DNA of 55,517 bases from a virus (lineage: Duplodnaviria; Caudoviricetes), in the IMG/VR virus record IMGVR_UViG_3300045454_000013, positions 1-55,517 of that record. One strand, given 5' to 3'. The notes under the pieces were generated by a model. It was not told where the DNA came from and ran no database searches. It worked only from the letters and a program-made list of their open reading frames with translations. Made by a program: the position numbers and the translations under genes. Positions within the stretch are counted from its first letter, which is position 1. Each line of letters opens with the position of its first letter. Positions 8,352 to 18,515 of this stretch are shown here, piece after piece.

Positions 8352-9968
8352 TCAGCCGATGCGGCGTGCCTTGATGAACCCGGTGTATGTCGGCGAGGCG
8401 TACACGAGGTTCGTGCTCGACGGCCCGCCCAGGGTGATCAGGTCACCGGCCGAGAGAGGGCCGATGTACGACGACGTCGAATAGTTGCTGATTCCGGCGC
8501 AGTGATCGTGCGTGAACAGCCCGCCTGCGTGGGTTTCCAGCTCGGTGCGCGACCCGTCGAGCGCGAGCGTCACGTACACGTCAGCGACATTGCCGCGCTG
8601 GGCGCCCTCGACCTCGTAGATGCCGTCCGCGCCGACCACAATCCCGTGCGCGTTGCTCTCCGCGTCGAGCACACCGCCGCCATCGACCCCGACAGCCCAC
8701 ACGTTCTTGTACGCAGACGCCAGCGACGTCGGCCCGCCCTTCGCCGCCCAATCCGCGGAGAACCCGACCGGGTTCCGTTCCAGGTTCGAGACCCGTGATC
8801 CAAGAGACGACAGGGACCGGTTGACTTGCCCTTCCCAGTCCGTACCGTCCTCATCACCGATCACTGCGGCTGTCGTGACACCATCTGCGGTGACGCCGAC
8901 GATGACCTGATTCAGGCGGGCAGGGATCGGTGTGTCGCCGATCACGATCGTGATCTTCGACCCGAGTGCGTCACGAGCGGCCAGAACGTCGATGGTTTCG
9001 GCCGGTTCGACGGTGAACGAGGACGGAACCCCACCGAGTGCAAGCTCCGCGTCACCTTTGCCCTGCAGTTCGGTCAGATCGTCCGTCTGCCGCTGGTCGA
9101 TGAATTTCGCCGGGCGCCGCTTCCACGCCGCAGCAGCAGCCAGCGAGGCGGTGGAAGTGCGAAGGATGACGGTCCGGTTCACGCCCTGCTCTTGCCCAGC
9201 GACAAGCGCGTGAGTGAGAGACGGAGCGCCGGTGCCGTGCTGAGTGGACTGCAGCTGCTCGTTGTCGATGTCGAATCGCCACTCGCCGGTGCGGTCGACT
9301 GCTTCGCTGATCTGCAGTTCGATGTCGTCGTCGTCGTTCTGCGCGAGGCGAAACAGCATGTCTGTGCCGACGCACATGCCCTGCATCAGCTCAAGGAGGT
9401 TGTCGAAGCGTGGTGATGCGGTGACGGTCGGGCCACGAGATAGCGACGGTTGCAGCACGATCGACTCGTAGAACGTGCCCGTCTTCCGATCAGCAGGCGC
9501 ATCGGGCCCGATGTTGGCTGACACGTAGTAGCGGAGCAGGTCTTCGACGGTGTCGGTCTGGGTGTCGTTCGCGCGAGTCTGAGTGACGTTTCCGTCCTCG
9601 TCGACGTCGTAGGTGCCGGGGTCCGGCCATGCGAGGTCATCGTGGGGGAGGATGTCGTCGGACCACCCGGTGATTGTCCACATTCCGTCCGGGTCTTCGG
9701 TTGTCTGCTCGAGCGCCTCGTAGTCCGTCGGGCCTGAGATCAGCACCCCGGCCGACGTGGTGACGATGATTCCGGCGCCCGGAGCGCGCAGCGCTGTGCA
9801 TGGTGGGAACTCGACGCCGTCGACCTTCGCGGGAAGGATGACCTTCCAGGTGCCGACACCGTTCGCTCGGGGAGCGAAGATCGACCCGACAAGGTGCGCG
9901 GGGTCGATCTGCCACTGCCTTTTGAGGTTCTCGTTCCGTACCTCGACGATGAGATCTTCGACGCGCAT
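8352..9968 (-). CDS. Minor tail protein (Gp37-like baseplate hub)
   Basis: Follows Dit; size and NGVGTW / VAGQ..G..R motifs. Confidence 0.8.
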   Translation of the reverse strand: MRVEDLIVEVRNENLKRQWQIDPAHLVGSIFAPRANGVGTWKVILPAKVDGVEFPPCTALRAPGAGIIVTTSAGVLISGPTDYEALEQTTEDPDGMWTITGWSDDILPHDDLAWPDPGTYDVDEDGNVTQTRANDTQTDTVEDLLRYYVSANIGPDAPADRKTGTFYESIVLQPSLSRGPTVTASPRFDNLLELMQGMCVGTDMLFRLAQNDDDDIELQISEAVDRTGEWRFDIDNEQLQSTQHGTGAPSLTHALVAGQEQGVNRTVILRTSTASLAAAAAWKRRPAKFIDQRQTDDLTELQGKGDAELALGGVPSSFTVEPAETIDVLAARDALGSKITIVIGDTPIPARLNQVIVGVTADGVTTAAVIGDEDGTDWEGQVNRSLSSLGSRVSNLERNPVGFSADWAAKGGPTSLASAYKNVWAVGVDGGGVLDAESNAHGIVVGADGIYEVEGAQRGNVADVYVTLALDGSRTELETHAGGLFTHDHCAGISNYSTSSYIGPLSAGDLITLGGPSSTNLVYASPTYTGFIKARRIG

Positions 9969-10846
9969 CAGCGAACCAGCTCTCGCTGCGGGACGAACCA
10001 GCCTGCGAGCTGAGTGTCGCTGTCAGCGTCGACGAGCACCGCAGTTCCGGCCGTGACACCGACAGGGGCGAGCGGGAACTTCGGCGCGCCGTCGAGGATC
10101 GAGTAGCGGTTCTCCCCGTCCTGGTCCGTGACAGTCCACCCCCGCCCAGCTGTGTACTCGATGGAGATGACCTCATCGGTTTCCACCGCGGTTGCGAGGC
10201 TGAACCCACGGCCGCCGACGACCACTTCGGACCCGATCCCGGCGGGACCGGTGAGACGCCACTGGATCGGGACGGGCTCGTCGCCGGGGTTCTCGACGGT
10301 GAACGCGCCCGTCGCCGTCGATCCGGTCAGGGGCATCACCGTCAGGTACGGGATCAGGCCGTGTCGTTCCCCGCTCGCGGCCACCTTGGGAAGCTCAACA
10401 GGCTTCTCTCGTACCCACAGCGGTTGCGGGCACCGCACGCTGATCATCCAGGTGAGTAGACGGTCTCCGCCGCTGTCGTAGCTGTCCTCTCCGCCGTCAT
10501 CGCGTACGAAGGGGAGTCGCCACGTCTCGCCGCCGGCGTACCGGGCGACAAGAGTCGGTGATGAGCTGGTCCGCAGCACGGCACCGAGGGCCCGTGCTTT
10601 CGTCTCGACGTCGGCGCGGTCGGTGCCGTGGACCCGGATCACGAGAGTCGCGTCCCGCATCGCCCGGCGCGACGACACGACCCGCCCGCCGCCGGCCGCT
10701 GATTCGCGGAACGTCACGACCTCAGGGGGAAGACCGAGACCGGACGTCCCTTTGCCGAAACTGTACGAGCCGGTCTCTGTTCCTTCGGATGCGAACTCGA
10801 GCGGTGCGCTCACCGTGGACTCGATGCTGAACGCAGGGTTACCCAC
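9968..10846 (-). CDS. Distal tail protein (Dit)
   Basis: Directly after the tape measure gene; GLGLPP, CPQPLW, VENPGD motifs. Confidence 0.8.
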   Translation of the reverse strand: MGNPAFSIESTVSAPLEFASEGTETGSYSFGKGTSGLGLPPEVVTFRESAAGGGRVVSSRRAMRDATLVIRVHGTDRADVETKARALGAVLRTSSSPTLVARYAGGETWRLPFVRDDGGEDSYDSGGDRLLTWMISVRCPQPLWVREKPVELPKVAASGERHGLIPYLTVMPLTGSTATGAFTVENPGDEPVPIQWRLTGPAGIGSEVVVGGRGFSLATAVETDEVISIEYTAGRGWTVTDQDGENRYSILDGAPKFPLAPVGVTAGTAVLVDADSDTQLAGWFVPQRELVR

Positions 10847-13800
10847 CGGCCACCCCCGTTCCCGTCTGCAACCGGATCTCGAGTTCCTTTACGCCGCGCT
10901 TGAGCTGCGAAGCGATCGACTCTCCCGGCCGAGGGGTGAGGCTCGCGTGCAGGTGCACGTCTCCGCCTCGCGGTGCCAGGGTTGCTGCAGCAGCCGATAC
11001 GAGGTGCGGTGATCGGGGACCGATCGGGGTGATCTCTCCACCGTTCGCGTACCGCAAAGCGCCGTCGAGGATCGCGCGGCGAAGACGGTAGATGCCCGCG
11101 TGCCCGCCGGCAGCGTTCACCTCGTTGGTGGGGATCATGTGCTCGCCGTTGGAGGCGAGGATCGGCACGGAATCCGATGTGCCCGTGCCGGGGCCCATGA
11201 TCGGGCCGCCGCCGGCGAAGCCTGTCCTCCCGACCGTGGACGTCGGTATCCCGGTCGTCGAGATGAATACAGTACGGGACCGCGCGAGCCGGGTCAGCTC
11301 CTCCTCGACAGAGCGGAATGATCCGTCATCCTTCGCAACCTTCACCGTACCTGCCGGCAGAGACGTGATGTCGACACCGAGCGCGGCAAGCGCCTCCTTC
11401 AGGAACGGGAAGTCATCGCTCGATACCTCAAACTCCTTGTCCGGGGTGTCGATGATCTGCTGCGCCAGGTCGACCAGGCGCAGCCGGTTCGCGTCGATTG
11501 TGCCGTCGTCGGTGAGTGCAAATGCCACAACAGACGGGGTCGCGAGCATCGTGTCAATGAGACCCTGCACCTGCTCGTCAGACAGCCCCGAGTCGTGCCC
11601 GATCTGCCACAGCTTGTCGATGTACGGCTGCGCGGCATCCGCGGCCTCCTGCATCGAAGCACCCTTACGACCATCGGCCTTCGCTGACTCATCAGCGAGG
11701 ATGATCGCATCCAGCATCTGGTCGTTCAGCCGGTCGACCTCGTCATACAGCGAGCGGCCAGCGGCGGTCGTCGTGTCGATCTCTCCCGACGCGGACACAA
11801 GCGAGGCGGCGAGCTTGTTGCCTGCCTCGTCCGTCTGGGAGAACACCTCACGGAGCCGATCCGCCTGCTCGTTGAGATCACGAGTCTGCTCGGCTTGGGA
11901 TTTCGTAGGACCGTTCAGCTCGTCGAGTGCCTGCTTCAGCGCCTTCAGCCGCTCGGTGGCGTCGTTCGACACGTCCCTTGCGATCGCGAGCGCTTCGTTC
12001 ATCCGCGTGTTGGACCGCTCAGTCTCAGTCATCGCGGCGGCCGCGGCGCGCTGCTCCTCGTTGTAGAGGCGCTGCGCTTCCTGCGCCGCGAGCACTGCCG
12101 CGCGTTCCTCCTCGAACCGCTCACGCAGATTCTTGATCGCGTCAGACCGCAGAGTAGCCACAGCTTGCCCAGTGCGGGAGCCTTGCTTCTCGGCGTCCTC
12201 CAGCTCCCGAAGACGCTCAATCAGCCGCTCGTAGGAGTCCCCACCCTGCGAAACTGCCGCCGCGAGGTCGACGGTCGACACGCCGAGCTTCTGGACGATC
12301 TCCAGGCCCTTCTCCTCCTCGAGACGCTTCCGCGCAAGAGCAGTGGTAGCGCGCAGCGTTGACGCGGTCGTCTCGTCGAGTGTCTCCCGATAGCCATCGA
12401 TCCGTTCGCGGGTTTCCGTGGCTTCCTGTCCTTGCGCCGACAGCGCGGCGGTCAGCACCGCGGCTGCGGTGGACACGCCGAGGATGATCAGTCCCACGGG
12501 GTTCGAGACGAAAGCGGCCTTGAGGCTGTTGCCGAACCCGGTGGCGGCGCGCCCTGCGACTCCGAACGCGCCCGCGAGCCGGGAGGTGTTCCCCTCCATG
12601 CCGGCGAGAGCGGCTTGCACTGCGGCTTGCTCGGCGAGCCGACGCCAGCCGTCAAGCCAGGACTGGATCGCGGGCGCACCGGCTCGAAGCGCGCTATTCA
12701 CCGCGAGGGCAGCGACGACAGTCGCGAGCATCGGCGCGGGGATCGCGTCGATGACGTCGACGAGCGGACCAGCGACCGCGGTGACAAGGCGGATGCCGCT
12801 TGCCACGACAGGTAGTGCCGCGTTCAGCGCTCCCGAGACGACCTCGGCGAGATCTCCAGCGACAGGGATCAGAGGCTTCATCTCGTCGAACAGGCCGGCG
12901 AGTTCCTTCCGGACCTCGGGAGAGGCCAGCGCGACGCCGCCGAGGATGCCGCCGAGGGGGCTGATCGCGGGGATGAGCATGCCAACGATAGGCAGCTGGC
13001 GCAGCAGGGCAGAGTTCAGGCCGATAACCGCGCCGGCTGTGGCGGCGATCGCGGGGCCGTTAGCGGCAACGTCTTCGAGGAAGCCCTCAAGGCGTGACGG
13101 ATTCCACGAGTTCACGGTGACCCTCGCGCGGTCGAGAATCGCGGTCATGTCCGCGAATGCCGGGTTCGCGCGGGTCGTGAGGATGGTGACCACGGGCGTG
13201 ACTTGCTTCTCGACTGCGCGGAGCACGTCGGCGACCTGGTTACCCCAGGTCACTGCGAGACCGCCGCCGTTCTTCGACACGAACGGTTCCGCGAGAGCGG
13301 CGCCGATGTCGCGGGAAGCGGCCCGGATCCGGTCGACGGTGCCGGTGAACGTGTTCTTCACGTTCGACGCGGCGCCCGCGTACCGCTGCTCCATACCGAC
13401 GACGAGGGCGTCGAGCGCTGCCCGAGCGTCGAGGGTGCCGCCGGTGATCTCCTCACGGATCTCGTCGGCGGTCTTGCCCATGCCGGCGCCGATCATCGAC
13501 GCCGCGTCAAGGCCCCGCTGGCCGAGCTGCAGCAGATCCTGCCCGGTGATCTTCCCCGCCGCCTGGATCTGGGCGAGGATGAACACGATGTCGCCGAGTT
13601 CCTGCGACGAGCCGCCGGTCGCGGCGACCGCGTTCTGCACAGCGTTGAGGGTCGGGATGACCTTCTGAGCTTCGAGACCGAACCCGATGAGCTGCTGCTG
13701 CGCGGTGATGAACACCGACTTCGAGAACGGCGACGTCCTCGCGAACGCGTCCAACCGGTCCATCTGCGCGTTGGCTTGCTGCGCGCCACCCAGGAGGGTC

Positions 13801-14066
13801 GCGAGCGCCGCGCGGGACGTCTGCTGCAGCGTGTTGTACGCGACACCGGTCGAGAGCAGCTTCGCGAGCAAGACGCCGGCGGCGACGCTCGTGACTCCGA
13901 TCGCAGCCGATGCGCCAGTGAACGCCGCTTTGGCCGCACGGCCCACCTTCGCGGCGGCCGTGTCGGTGCGCTCGAGGTTGCCGCGGACAGTATCGAGGTC
14001 GCGGCCGACCTTCTCAAGGCCGTCGAGTCGGATAGTGGCGACGAGCTCGGCGGCGTTGAACGACAC
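10839..14066 (-). CDS. Tape measure protein (1075 aa)
   Basis: Long Ala-rich helical protein; FARTSPF...GKITGQDLLQL tape-measure domain. Confidence 0.95.
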   Translation of the reverse strand: MSFNAAELVATIRLDGLEKVGRDLDTVRGNLERTDTAAAKVGRAAKAAFTGASAAIGVTSVAAGVLLAKLLSTGVAYNTLQQTSRAALATLLGGAQQANAQMDRLDAFARTSPFSKSVFITAQQQLIGFGLEAQKVIPTLNAVQNAVAATGGSSQELGDIVFILAQIQAAGKITGQDLLQLGQRGLDAASMIGAGMGKTADEIREEITGGTLDARAALDALVVGMEQRYAGAASNVKNTFTGTVDRIRAASRDIGAALAEPFVSKNGGGLAVTWGNQVADVLRAVEKQVTPVVTILTTRANPAFADMTAILDRARVTVNSWNPSRLEGFLEDVAANGPAIAATAGAVIGLNSALLRQLPIVGMLIPAISPLGGILGGVALASPEVRKELAGLFDEMKPLIPVAGDLAEVVSGALNAALPVVASGIRLVTAVAGPLVDVIDAIPAPMLATVVAALAVNSALRAGAPAIQSWLDGWRRLAEQAAVQAALAGMEGNTSRLAGAFGVAGRAATGFGNSLKAAFVSNPVGLIILGVSTAAAVLTAALSAQGQEATETRERIDGYRETLDETTASTLRATTALARKRLEEEKGLEIVQKLGVSTVDLAAAVSQGGDSYERLIERLRELEDAEKQGSRTGQAVATLRSDAIKNLRERFEEERAAVLAAQEAQRLYNEEQRAAAAAMTETERSNTRMNEALAIARDVSNDATERLKALKQALDELNGPTKSQAEQTRDLNEQADRLREVFSQTDEAGNKLAASLVSASGEIDTTTAAGRSLYDEVDRLNDQMLDAIILADESAKADGRKGASMQEAADAAQPYIDKLWQIGHDSGLSDEQVQGLIDTMLATPSVVAFALTDDGTIDANRLRLVDLAQQIIDTPDKEFEVSSDDFPFLKEALAALGVDITSLPAGTVKVAKDDGSFRSVEEELTRLARSRTVFISTTGIPTSTVGRTGFAGGGPIMGPGTGTSDSVPILASNGEHMIPTNEVNAAGGHAGIYRLRRAILDGALRYANGGEITPIGPRSPHLVSAAAATLAPRGGDVHLHASLTPRPGESIASQLKRGVKELEIRLQTGTGVAGG

Positions 14067-14069
14067 AGG

Positions 14070-14474
14070 TCACCTCGATTCGTCGATGTGGTAGCGAAGA
14101 CGTGAGTCGGGGATGTCGCAGAGCGCGAGGATCCTGCCGCGGAGCCACCGCCACGACTTCGCGGCCATAGCGGCGTCGTCGTCGGTGTCGATGTGGAAGT
14201 ACTGCGCGAGGTCTTGCGTGGTGACCGTGTCCCAGGTGGTGAACACGATCCGGAACAGGTGCTCGATCGCGACTGGCGCAGGCTTCTTGTCGTCGGTCGG
14301 TTCTGGCTGCTTCGCTGCTTGGATCAGGTCACGGAACCACTGGGGGTAGACGTACCGCTCGTATCGGCCGGTGACGGGGTCTCGGCGGCCTCGACCGAAC
14401 TGAGCAATGTCGTCAACTGTGCGAAAGCTGTCGAGTGCCCGTTGCGCTTGACGAGTTCCGCTTGGGCTTTTGGG
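14070..14474 (-). CDS. Tail assembly chaperone -1 frameshift extension (GT-like)
   Basis: Slippery C-CCA-AAA at 14474-14468, in phase; -1 frame is open to 14070. Confidence 0.75.
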   Translation of the reverse strand, partial: PKSPSGTRQAQRALDSFRTVDDIAQFGRGRRDPVTGRYERYVYPQWFRDLIQAAKQPEPTDDKKPAPVAIEHLFRIVFTTWDTVTTQDLAQYFHIDTDDDAAMAAKSWRWLRGRILALCDIPDSRLRYHIDESR

Positions 14475-14821
14475 TAGCCACCGGTCGACCCGTTCTGCTC
14501 GAGGAGCGTGTTGACCATGTCCATGCCGCCGCCTTGCACGTTCCAGAAGAACGCGGCGTGGATCACCTTCTCGGTCTCTTCCCACCGAAGCTCGTCGCCT
14601 TCGATGGTGGGCCAGTTCTCTTCGCCGACGGCGAGCTTGCCCATGTTCTCGGCGGACAGCTCAAGGTCTTCGGCCTGACCGAACGCGATTCCGAGCCATA
14701 GTGCGTAGAGAGCTGCGCCGAGCTTTGCGGGGATCGGCTTGACGGTGACGCGGACGAAACCTTCTTCGTTCTCGTCGCCGATGTCGATGATGAGGTTGCG
14801 GCCCTTTTCGTATGCGCGCAT
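14324..14821 (-). CDS. Tail assembly chaperone (G-like)
   Basis: Between the major tail and tape measure genes; AGGAG before ATG at 14821. Confidence 0.8.
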   Translation of the reverse strand: MRAYEKGRNLIIDIGDENEEGFVRVTVKPIPAKLGAALYALWLGIAFGQAEDLELSAENMGKLAVGEENWPTIEGDELRWEETEKVIHAAFFWNVQGGGMDMVNTLLEQNGSTGGYPKAQAELVKRNGHSTAFAQLTTLLSSVEAAETPSPADTSGTSTPSGSVT

Positions 14822-14898
14822 GAACGGTGTCTCCTGTGATGTTGGTGTGGGGTTGGAGGGGGCGGGGACGCGCGCGCGAGCGGCGTCCCCGCCCTGGG

Positions 14899-15399
14899 TC
14901 AGGACGCGGCGCTGATCGGGTTGGTGATCGGCTCGACGTCGCCGGCGCCGGTGAGCGTGAATGCCTCCCAGCCAGGGCCGGTCGCGCCGTTCTCGGGGCG
15001 AGCGTCGCGCTGCACGAGGAAGGTGCCCTGGTAGGCGTCGGACGCGCCGAGCGCGTCGTACCAGCGCATCAGGATCTCGTTGTCGGATCCGATGGCATCG
15101 TGCGCGGCCTTCAGGATCAGGAACTCCGGCTGGAACTCGCCAGTGTTGTCCCGGATCTTCAGGATGTTGAAACCGACGGTCGCGCCGGCGCCGATCTTCG
15201 TCTGCCGTTCCTTGCCCTTGTGGGCGTACGTCGTGATCGCCTGCAGCTGCGCCGGCATCTGCGGGTTCACCGCGGTGATGTCGGGGACATTGATCCACGT
15301 GGGCTCGCCGGATTCGGGCTTCACGGCGATGTCCACGATCGTCTCGTAGGACTGAGCGACGTCGCCCTCGGTGGGCACCACGTCTTGGTATGCGGTCAT
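14899..15399 (-). CDS. Major tail (tube) protein
   Basis: Synteny, 166-aa size and beta-rich sequence. Confidence 0.85.
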   Translation of the reverse strand: MTAYQDVVPTEGDVAQSYETIVDIAVKPESGEPTWINVPDITAVNPQMPAQLQAITTYAHKGKERQTKIGAGATVGFNILKIRDNTGEFQPEFLILKAAHDAIGSDNEILMRWYDALGASDAYQGTFLVQRDARPENGATGPGWEAFTLTGAGDVEPITNPISAAS

Positions 15400-15495
15400 G
15401 GTGGGGTCATCTCCCTGTATGGATGGAAGCCCCGCACCGGTCGGTGTGGGGCTGTGGTGCCGCGCCTGGCGGCGGTTTTCCCGAGGGGCGGGAAG

Positions 15496-15930
15496 CTATG
15501 TGGTTGCGGGGGCGGCTTCAACACCGGTGAATCGCCAGTTCGACGTGAATACCCACCGGTCGTTGCTGTCCTGGCCGAGCGGAGACCAGGACAGGTAGGC
15601 GCCGTTCGCGCGGATGTCGCCGAGTTGGAGTCGGCGTCGGTCGATGCGAGCCAACAGCTTGTCGAAGTACTCGATGCCGCGGAGGTTCCCGCCGGTGAGG
15701 CGGTACTTGACCTGCACACTCGATGCGACGAGTCGCCGCTGCGTTCCGAGCCCGACGTATTCGGGCAGGTAGAGGCTGACCGAGACGATCTCGTTGGGTG
15801 TCGCAGGGAACGACCCGAACACGACGCCGTGCTGGTCCGCCGTGTACACGCCGTCTGCGGTGTACACGGCGAGCCCTTCGCTGTCGAGGAAGCTCGCGAT
15901 GCCCTGCAGTAATGCGACGTGATGAGTCAC
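15496..15930 (-). CDS. Tail terminator / head-tail joining protein
   Basis: Synteny; PLGQDSNDRW motif. Confidence 0.75.
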   Translation of the reverse strand: MTHHVALLQGIASFLDSEGLAVYTADGVYTADQHGVVFGSFPATPNEIVSVSLYLPEYVGLGTQRRLVASSVQVKYRLTGGNLRGIEYFDKLLARIDRRRLQLGDIRANGAYLSWSPLGQDSNDRWVFTSNWRFTGVEAAPATT

Positions 15931-15934
15931 CAGG

Positions 15935-16288
15935 TCACCCCACTTCGCGTCGGATCTCAGCGGCTACGATCGCGCCGAGTTGACGACGCATCTCGACCGC
16001 GGGCCGCTCAAGGTACTTCGCCTGGGCGCCCGGGTTGTGGTCTGTCGGGTGGTGGAAGTCGAGGCGTTCGTGCTGGATCACCGCGTACGGGGTGTCGTAC
16101 GTGACGGCGGCTTCGAGGCTCTGTTCGGTGGCGTCGTGGGTCGCGGCGGACTTGCGGAGGTCGGTGGAGTCGACGGGGACGCGGGCCTGCGCTTCCGCCT
16201 TGAGAGCGGTGGCGGCGCGATTCAGGCCGCGGGCGGCCCCGGATCGCATCCGCCCGACCGCTTCCACACCGAACCAGCGCACAACCAC
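15935..16288 (-). CDS. HK97 gp10-like neck protein
   Basis: VPVDSTDLRKS, TPYAVIQHE, AKYLE motifs. Confidence 0.8.
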   Translation of the reverse strand: MVVRWFGVEAVGRMRSGAARGLNRAATALKAEAQARVPVDSTDLRKSAATHDATEQSLEAAVTYDTPYAVIQHERLDFHHPTDHNPGAQAKYLERPAVEMRRQLGAIVAAEIRREVG

Positions 16289-16297
16289 GGCGGTCTC

Positions 16298-16630
16298 CTA
16301 TTCGACGGTGATCTCGAGGAACTGCGGCAGTCCCGGCCACTCTGCGAGAGCGACGAGAACGGCCGTGGAGGTGCGCTCGTTGCTGCGTCCCCGCCACACG
16401 GTGACCTGCGACCCGGGCGGCACGTCATGGTCAGGGTGGTCGAGCGTCACACGGCCGCTCGCTACGAACTCTCGGCCGTCAGCGGTCCGCACGAACCGAC
16501 GCTTGTCGTCAATCGCGGCGCGCTCACAGACGACCTCGTCGCCGTACACCGCACCGTCGGCGCCTTCACCGAGGTATCGGCGGTACGACACGAGGCTCTT
16601 GTGCGGCATCATGCGCGCCGGAAGCCGCAT
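16298..16630 (-). CDS. Head-to-tail stopper
   Basis: Synteny and size. Confidence 0.7.
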   Translation of the reverse strand: MRLPARMMPHKSLVSYRRYLGEGADGAVYGDEVVCERAAIDDKRRFVRTADGREFVASGRVTLDHPDHDVPPGSQVTVWRGRSNERTSTAVLVALAEWPGLPQFLEITVE

Positions 16631-17034
16631 CAGTACCCCACCCCCCAGGTGATCGCGTCACACGTGTGGAGGATCTCGGCGACAGCAGGAGCGACGCGCG
16701 CTTCCTGCTTGTCTGCGGCGCTCTTCGTGCCGCCACCGCCGGGAAGGCTGACCGACAGGATCGATCCTCCGCCGGTCTGAGCTGTCGCGCCGGTGTCATC
16801 GCCGGTCCCGGCCCAGAACCGCAGCTGAGCGATCGTGGCGTCCTTGATCACGGCTGTGACCGCCTCATCAGCCGGGTGTCCCGCGTTCACACCGGAGTCG
16901 AGCACGTCGAACCGTGCCGAGCGGAGCTCGTCGAGCACCCGGTAAGAAGCGTCCTTGATCGCCTGCTCGACGTCGAGGAAAGCGCCGTCGAGACTCGCGG
17001 GGACATCCTCTTCGGTGATGAACGGGAACCACAT
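16630..17034 (-). CDS. Head-to-tail adaptor
   Basis: Synteny; ATIAQLRFW and SILSVS motifs. Confidence 0.7.
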   Translation of the reverse strand: MWFPFITEEDVPASLDGAFLDVEQAIKDASYRVLDELRSARFDVLDSGVNAGHPADEAVTAVIKDATIAQLRFWAGTGDDTGATAQTGGGSILSVSLPGGGGTKSAADKQEARVAPAVAEILHTCDAITWGVGY

Positions 17035-17038
17035 GCGG

Positions 17039-17395
17039 TCAGTCCCGGTCCATGAATGCGGTCAGGAAAGCGTGGAGGATCTCGGGCTTGTTCGCCCGTG
17101 ATGGGATCGCGATGCCCTCGATGCCGGCGAGGTCGCGGAGTTCGGCGACGGTGCAGTCCTTCAGTAGCTTGTCGCCAATCGTGAGGTCGATGCCTCGGGC
17201 TGCAGCGATATCGCTGATCTCCGAGACTGTGGGGATCGCTTCGGCGGAGTCGGTGATGGTCGCGCCGATCCGGTCGAAGTACGCGCGGCGGCTCGGACCC
17301 AGGTCGGGTACGGTGGCGGCGCCGTCGACGAAGGTGATGCCGGCGTGGACTCGGCTCTGCTGCTTGATCCGGCCGGGAAGCTTGATGGTGAGCAC
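17039..17395 (-). CDS. Virion-associated protein with C-terminal HeH/Rho-N-like motif
   Basis: TVAELRDLAGIEGIAIPSRANKPEIL; GTG start after a purine-rich RBS. Confidence 0.6.
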   Translation of the reverse strand: MLTIKLPGRIKQQSRVHAGITFVDGAATVPDLGPSRRAYFDRIGATITDSAEAIPTVSEISDIAAARGIDLTIGDKLLKDCTVAELRDLAGIEGIAIPSRANKPEILHAFLTAFMDRD

Positions 17396-17457
17396 GGGGT
17401 TCTCCCTCTCTGGTTGTGCGCCGGGTGCGGGGCAGGGCTCCCGCACCCGGCTCGGGT

Positions 17458-17790
17458 TCAGTCGTCCTGCTTCTGGTCGCCAGCGGAACCGGTCTTGTCG
17501 TCGGCGCCGGCCGCGGTCGAAGTGGGGGTGGGGACGAGCACCTCGAGGATGGGGTCCTTCTTGGTCGCGCCGCCGAGGTCGATGCCTTCGCGTTCGGCGT
17601 ACTTCACCAGCTGCGGGACGGTCCACGACTTCTCGGGTTTCCCCTCGGGGATGACGACCTCGGCGCTCTTCGTCTCGGCCGCGGGTGCGGGCGGCGCGGG
17701 AATCTTCCGCCAGCGAGCCTTGCCTTCGAGGCGGCCGGTGTTGTCCTCGACGATCTGATGCGACGTGACGTTCTCATAGAAAGGGGCCAT
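17458..17790 (-). CDS. HeH/Rho-N-like capsid-associated small protein; in frame with the upstream Stealth-like domain
   Basis: AAGGAGG RBS before ATG at 17790; WTVPQLVKYAEREGIDLGGATKKDPIL. Confidence 0.65.
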   Translation of the reverse strand: MAPFYENVTSHQIVEDNTGRLEGKARWRKIPAPPAPAAETKSAEVVIPEGKPEKSWTVPQLVKYAEREGIDLGGATKKDPILEVLVPTPTSTAAGADDKTGSAGDQKQDD

Positions 17791-18493
17791 TGCGTCCTCC
17801 TTGGTTGCCCGCGGCGTGCGGGATTCGAATGGTGATGGGTGGGGGAACGCGCGTGTGAGCGCGCGGTGGGCGCCGAAGTAGAAACCGGCGTCGCTCGTGG
17901 ACATGAAAGGGCCGGGCGGGAGCGTCTTCGCTCTGTCGGCGAGCTTCAGGTCGGTGTGTGGAGTGGACGGCAGGCCGGCGAGGTTGCCGTAGAGCGTGCG
18001 CCACTGTGGCGGGTTATCTTCGGCGTATTCGCCGAGATCGTTCAGGATGCTCCGCATGGTGGCGGTGTGCACCGGGAACGGGATGTGCAGCTCGAACGAG
18101 AGCGGATCAGTGACATCGGCGCCGCGTAGCCACGCTGCGGTGCGATCGAGCGATGTCCGCCACCATGAGTGGTCGACCGCTGCGATGTGGTCGGCGAGCG
18201 GGCCGCGGTGATGCAGGCCGATCGTGGTGAGCGGGGAGAGGACAAAGAAGTCGTCGTTCATGATGACGATCTCGTCCGGTTTCCGGGTCGTTCACGGCGA
18301 GCCGGATGTTGTCGAGGACGTTCCGGGGTTTCGTGCTGTGCCGGTTCCCGGGGATGCGCCGTGCACCTGTCACCCATCCCGGCGCGTCCCCCACGATTGT
18401 GAGTGACGACACCGGAAGGTTCGCTGTCACCGACCGGAGCGAGAACCGCAGTTCTTCGTTCTGGCCGGGACGGACGATGTAGACGAGGTGCAC
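17791..18493 (-). pseudogene. Stealth-family-like (sugar-phosphotransferase / GT-A-like) gene with a frameshift near 18280
   Basis: EELRFSLRS..IVGDAPGW in one frame and IVIMNDDFF..ELHIP..WRTLYGN in the next frame. Confidence 0.7.
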
Positions 18494-18515
18494 GGGCGCA
18501 TCCCCGGGGCTCGGG

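Noticed and set aside
4367-9968. Diversity-generating retroelement or invertible tail-fibre cassette
   Set aside because: No reverse transcriptase, no template/variable repeat pair and no flanking inverted repeats found by eye
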